A stretch of DNA of 64,000 bases from Octopus sinensis (Eukaryota). Every line of letters begins with the position of its first letter. The stretch's first letter is position 1. Under the pieces are notes generated by a model. It searched no databases and was not told the origin of the DNA. It saw only the letters and a list, made by a program, of their open reading frames with translations. Positions 62,268-64,000 of the stretch are shown in pieces. A program made the position numbers and the translations under genes. The stretch covers positions 23,322 to 87,321 of the forward strand of contig NW_021833611.1 of the NCBI RefSeq assembly GCF_006345805.1, written 5' to 3'.

Positions 62268-62330
62268 AATAGGCTTGGGCGCTTGGTTCAATTGCTGGCT
62301 TCAGTTTCTTGGCCAGCAAAGCACTGTAGC
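62268..62330 (-). mobile_element. Mariner transposase fragment (inverted partner of 63256-63415)
   Basis: The reverse complement is about 83% identical to 63256-63320 and has the same junction with (GA)n. Confidence 0.6.
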
Positions 62331-62383
62331 TCTCTCTCTCTCTCTCTCTTTCTCTCTGTATATATATATTATATATTATATAT

Positions 62384-62431
<48 letters not shown>

Positions 62432-62434
62432 TTT

Positions 62435-62795
62435 AAGTAGGTGAATGAATTATCCTAGTATTGATAATCCGGTTAATCGATACCTGGGTAGCACATTCAC
62501 GTCAGAAAACACGGTTGTAGCTACATGCCAAGGGTAGAAACCCCGTTTCTTGTGTGGTAATTTGTGTATTTTTTAGAATGATAAATGAAAGAATAGAGTC
62601 GAACGAATATTTTAACAAATTCCTTTACTTTCAACCACATGTTTCGAAGACTGTATATTCTTAATTCCGAAGGATAAAGGGTGCACTATGCCGTCCTTCT
62701 CATGCACCCTTTATTCCTTCGGAATAAGAATATGCAGTCTTCGAAACATGTGTTGAAATTAAGGAATTTGTTAAAATCTTCGTTCGACTCCATTC

Positions 62796-62801
<6 letters not shown>
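62435..62801. mobile_element. Foldback element in (TA)n with ~100-bp inverted arms
   Basis: Arms 62585-62685 and 62703-62801 (4 substitutions, 4 single-base indels), 17-nt loop; (TA)n on both sides. Confidence 0.75.
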
Positions 62802-62827
<26 letters not shown>

Positions 62828-62980
62828 CTATATATATATATATATATATATGTGTGTATATATATATATCTATCTATATATATATATATAAAATATTAAA
62901 ATATTCACATAATATATATAATATATATATATATAATATATATATATATATACATATATATATTATATATATATTATATA

Positions 62981-63023
<43 letters not shown>

Positions 63024-63224
63024 ATATATTATATATTATATGTATATATATGCGCGGTGTGTGTACTTTGATCTGGCAATTTGTTATCCTCTACTGTTTC
63101 TTTTTTTAACACAGATAAAGATACACGCACCGCGCATCATACATATATTATATATATGTATTATATATCTTATATATATATATATTAGAGAGAGAGAGGA
63201 GAGAGAGGAGAGTGAGAGAGAAGT

Positions 63225-63255
<31 letters not shown>

Positions 63256-63258
<3 letters not shown>

Positions 63259-63415
63259 CTACAGTGCTTTGCTGACCAATAACTGAAGCCAACAATTCGC
63301 ACCAAACGCCGAAGCCGATATCAAAGAAAGTTTGTGTTGTTGCATGACAATGCACGCCCATACACGATCGCCCAACCTTTGAAACCATTAACCAATTGGG
63401 TTTTGTAGTTCTCGA
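63256..63415 (+). mobile_element. Mariner transposase fragment
   Basis: Frameshifted translation YSALL...LKP.IRTKRR...VLLHDNARP.T...ETINQLGF.VL contains the LHDNARPH motif around the second catalytic Asp of mariner DDD transposases. Confidence 0.7.
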
Positions 63416-63444
63416 GATGCACACAGATAGACACACATTCTCAG

Positions 63445-63477
<33 letters not shown>

Positions 63478-63478
<1 letters not shown>

Positions 63479-63911
63479 CTTTACAACCCACAAGGGGCTA
63501 AAAACAGAGGGGACAAACAAGGACAAACGGATTAAGTCGATTACATCAACCCCAGTGCGTAACTGGTACTTAATTTATAAACCCCGAAAGGATGAAGGCA
63601 AAGTCGACGTCGGCGGAATTTGAACCCAGAACGTAACGGCAGACGAAATACGGCTACGCATTTCGCCCGGCATGCTAACGTTTCTTATTTCTTTATTGCC
63701 CACAAGGGACTACATAGGGGACAAACCAGGACAGACAAACGGATTAAGTCGATTACATCAACCCCAGTGCGTAACTGGTACTTAATTTATCGACCCCGAA
63801 AGGATGAAAAGCAAGTCAACGTCGGTGGAGTTTGAACCCAGAACTTAACGGCAGACGAAATACGGCTACGCATTCCGCCCGGCGTGCTAACGTTTCTGCC
63901 AGCTCGCCGCC
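63478..63911 (-). mobile_element. SINE family 1 head-to-tail dimer with long TSD
   Basis: Full copy 63686-63911 plus 5'-truncated copy 63478-63684; TTCTCAGCTTT(AT)nTTCT duplicated at 63438-63480 and 63913-63949. Confidence 0.87.
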
Positions 63912-64000
63912 TTTCTCAGCTTTATATATATATATATATATATATTTCTATAAATTGGCACCTTGTAATTGGAGGTTTCTATAAGCAAGAATGTGTCAGA

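Overview
This is a repeat-dominated, AT-rich eukaryotic window with no complete gene. The tRNA-derived SINE families and the dense (TA)n/(CA)n/(TATC)n/(CATA)n microsatellites look like a coleoid cephalopod (Octopus-like) genome; that assignment is inference from memory, not a search result. Main contents: (1) a 22.4-kb satellite (34382-56820) of about 830 27-bp monomers, with an 81-bp trimer and ~2.1, ~4.5 and ~7.5 kb internal duplications; only one of six frames stays open across the trimer (DEYTWYQNV-DEYTWYQII-DEYPWYLIL). (2) A near-full-length but frameshifted L1/Tx1-type LINE (10749-16607) and three divergent 5'-truncated relatives, each with (TATC)n at both junctions, suggesting a GATA-microsatellite-targeting family. 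(3) Penelope-like remnants, including a minimal hammerhead-ribozyme-like motif with a non-canonical core and several foldback structures in (TA)n. (4) R4/Dong and RTE LINE fragments, non-autonomous Helitrons, a 51-bp hAT element with a perfect 8-bp TSD, mariner fragments and many SINEs, one flanked by a ~232-bp direct duplication. One plausible 102-nt coding exon (29098-29199) suggests the region is intronic. Most ORFs in the supplied track are microsatellite translation artefacts. All family assignments come from motif recognition by eye and need Dfam/Repbase/HMM confirmation.
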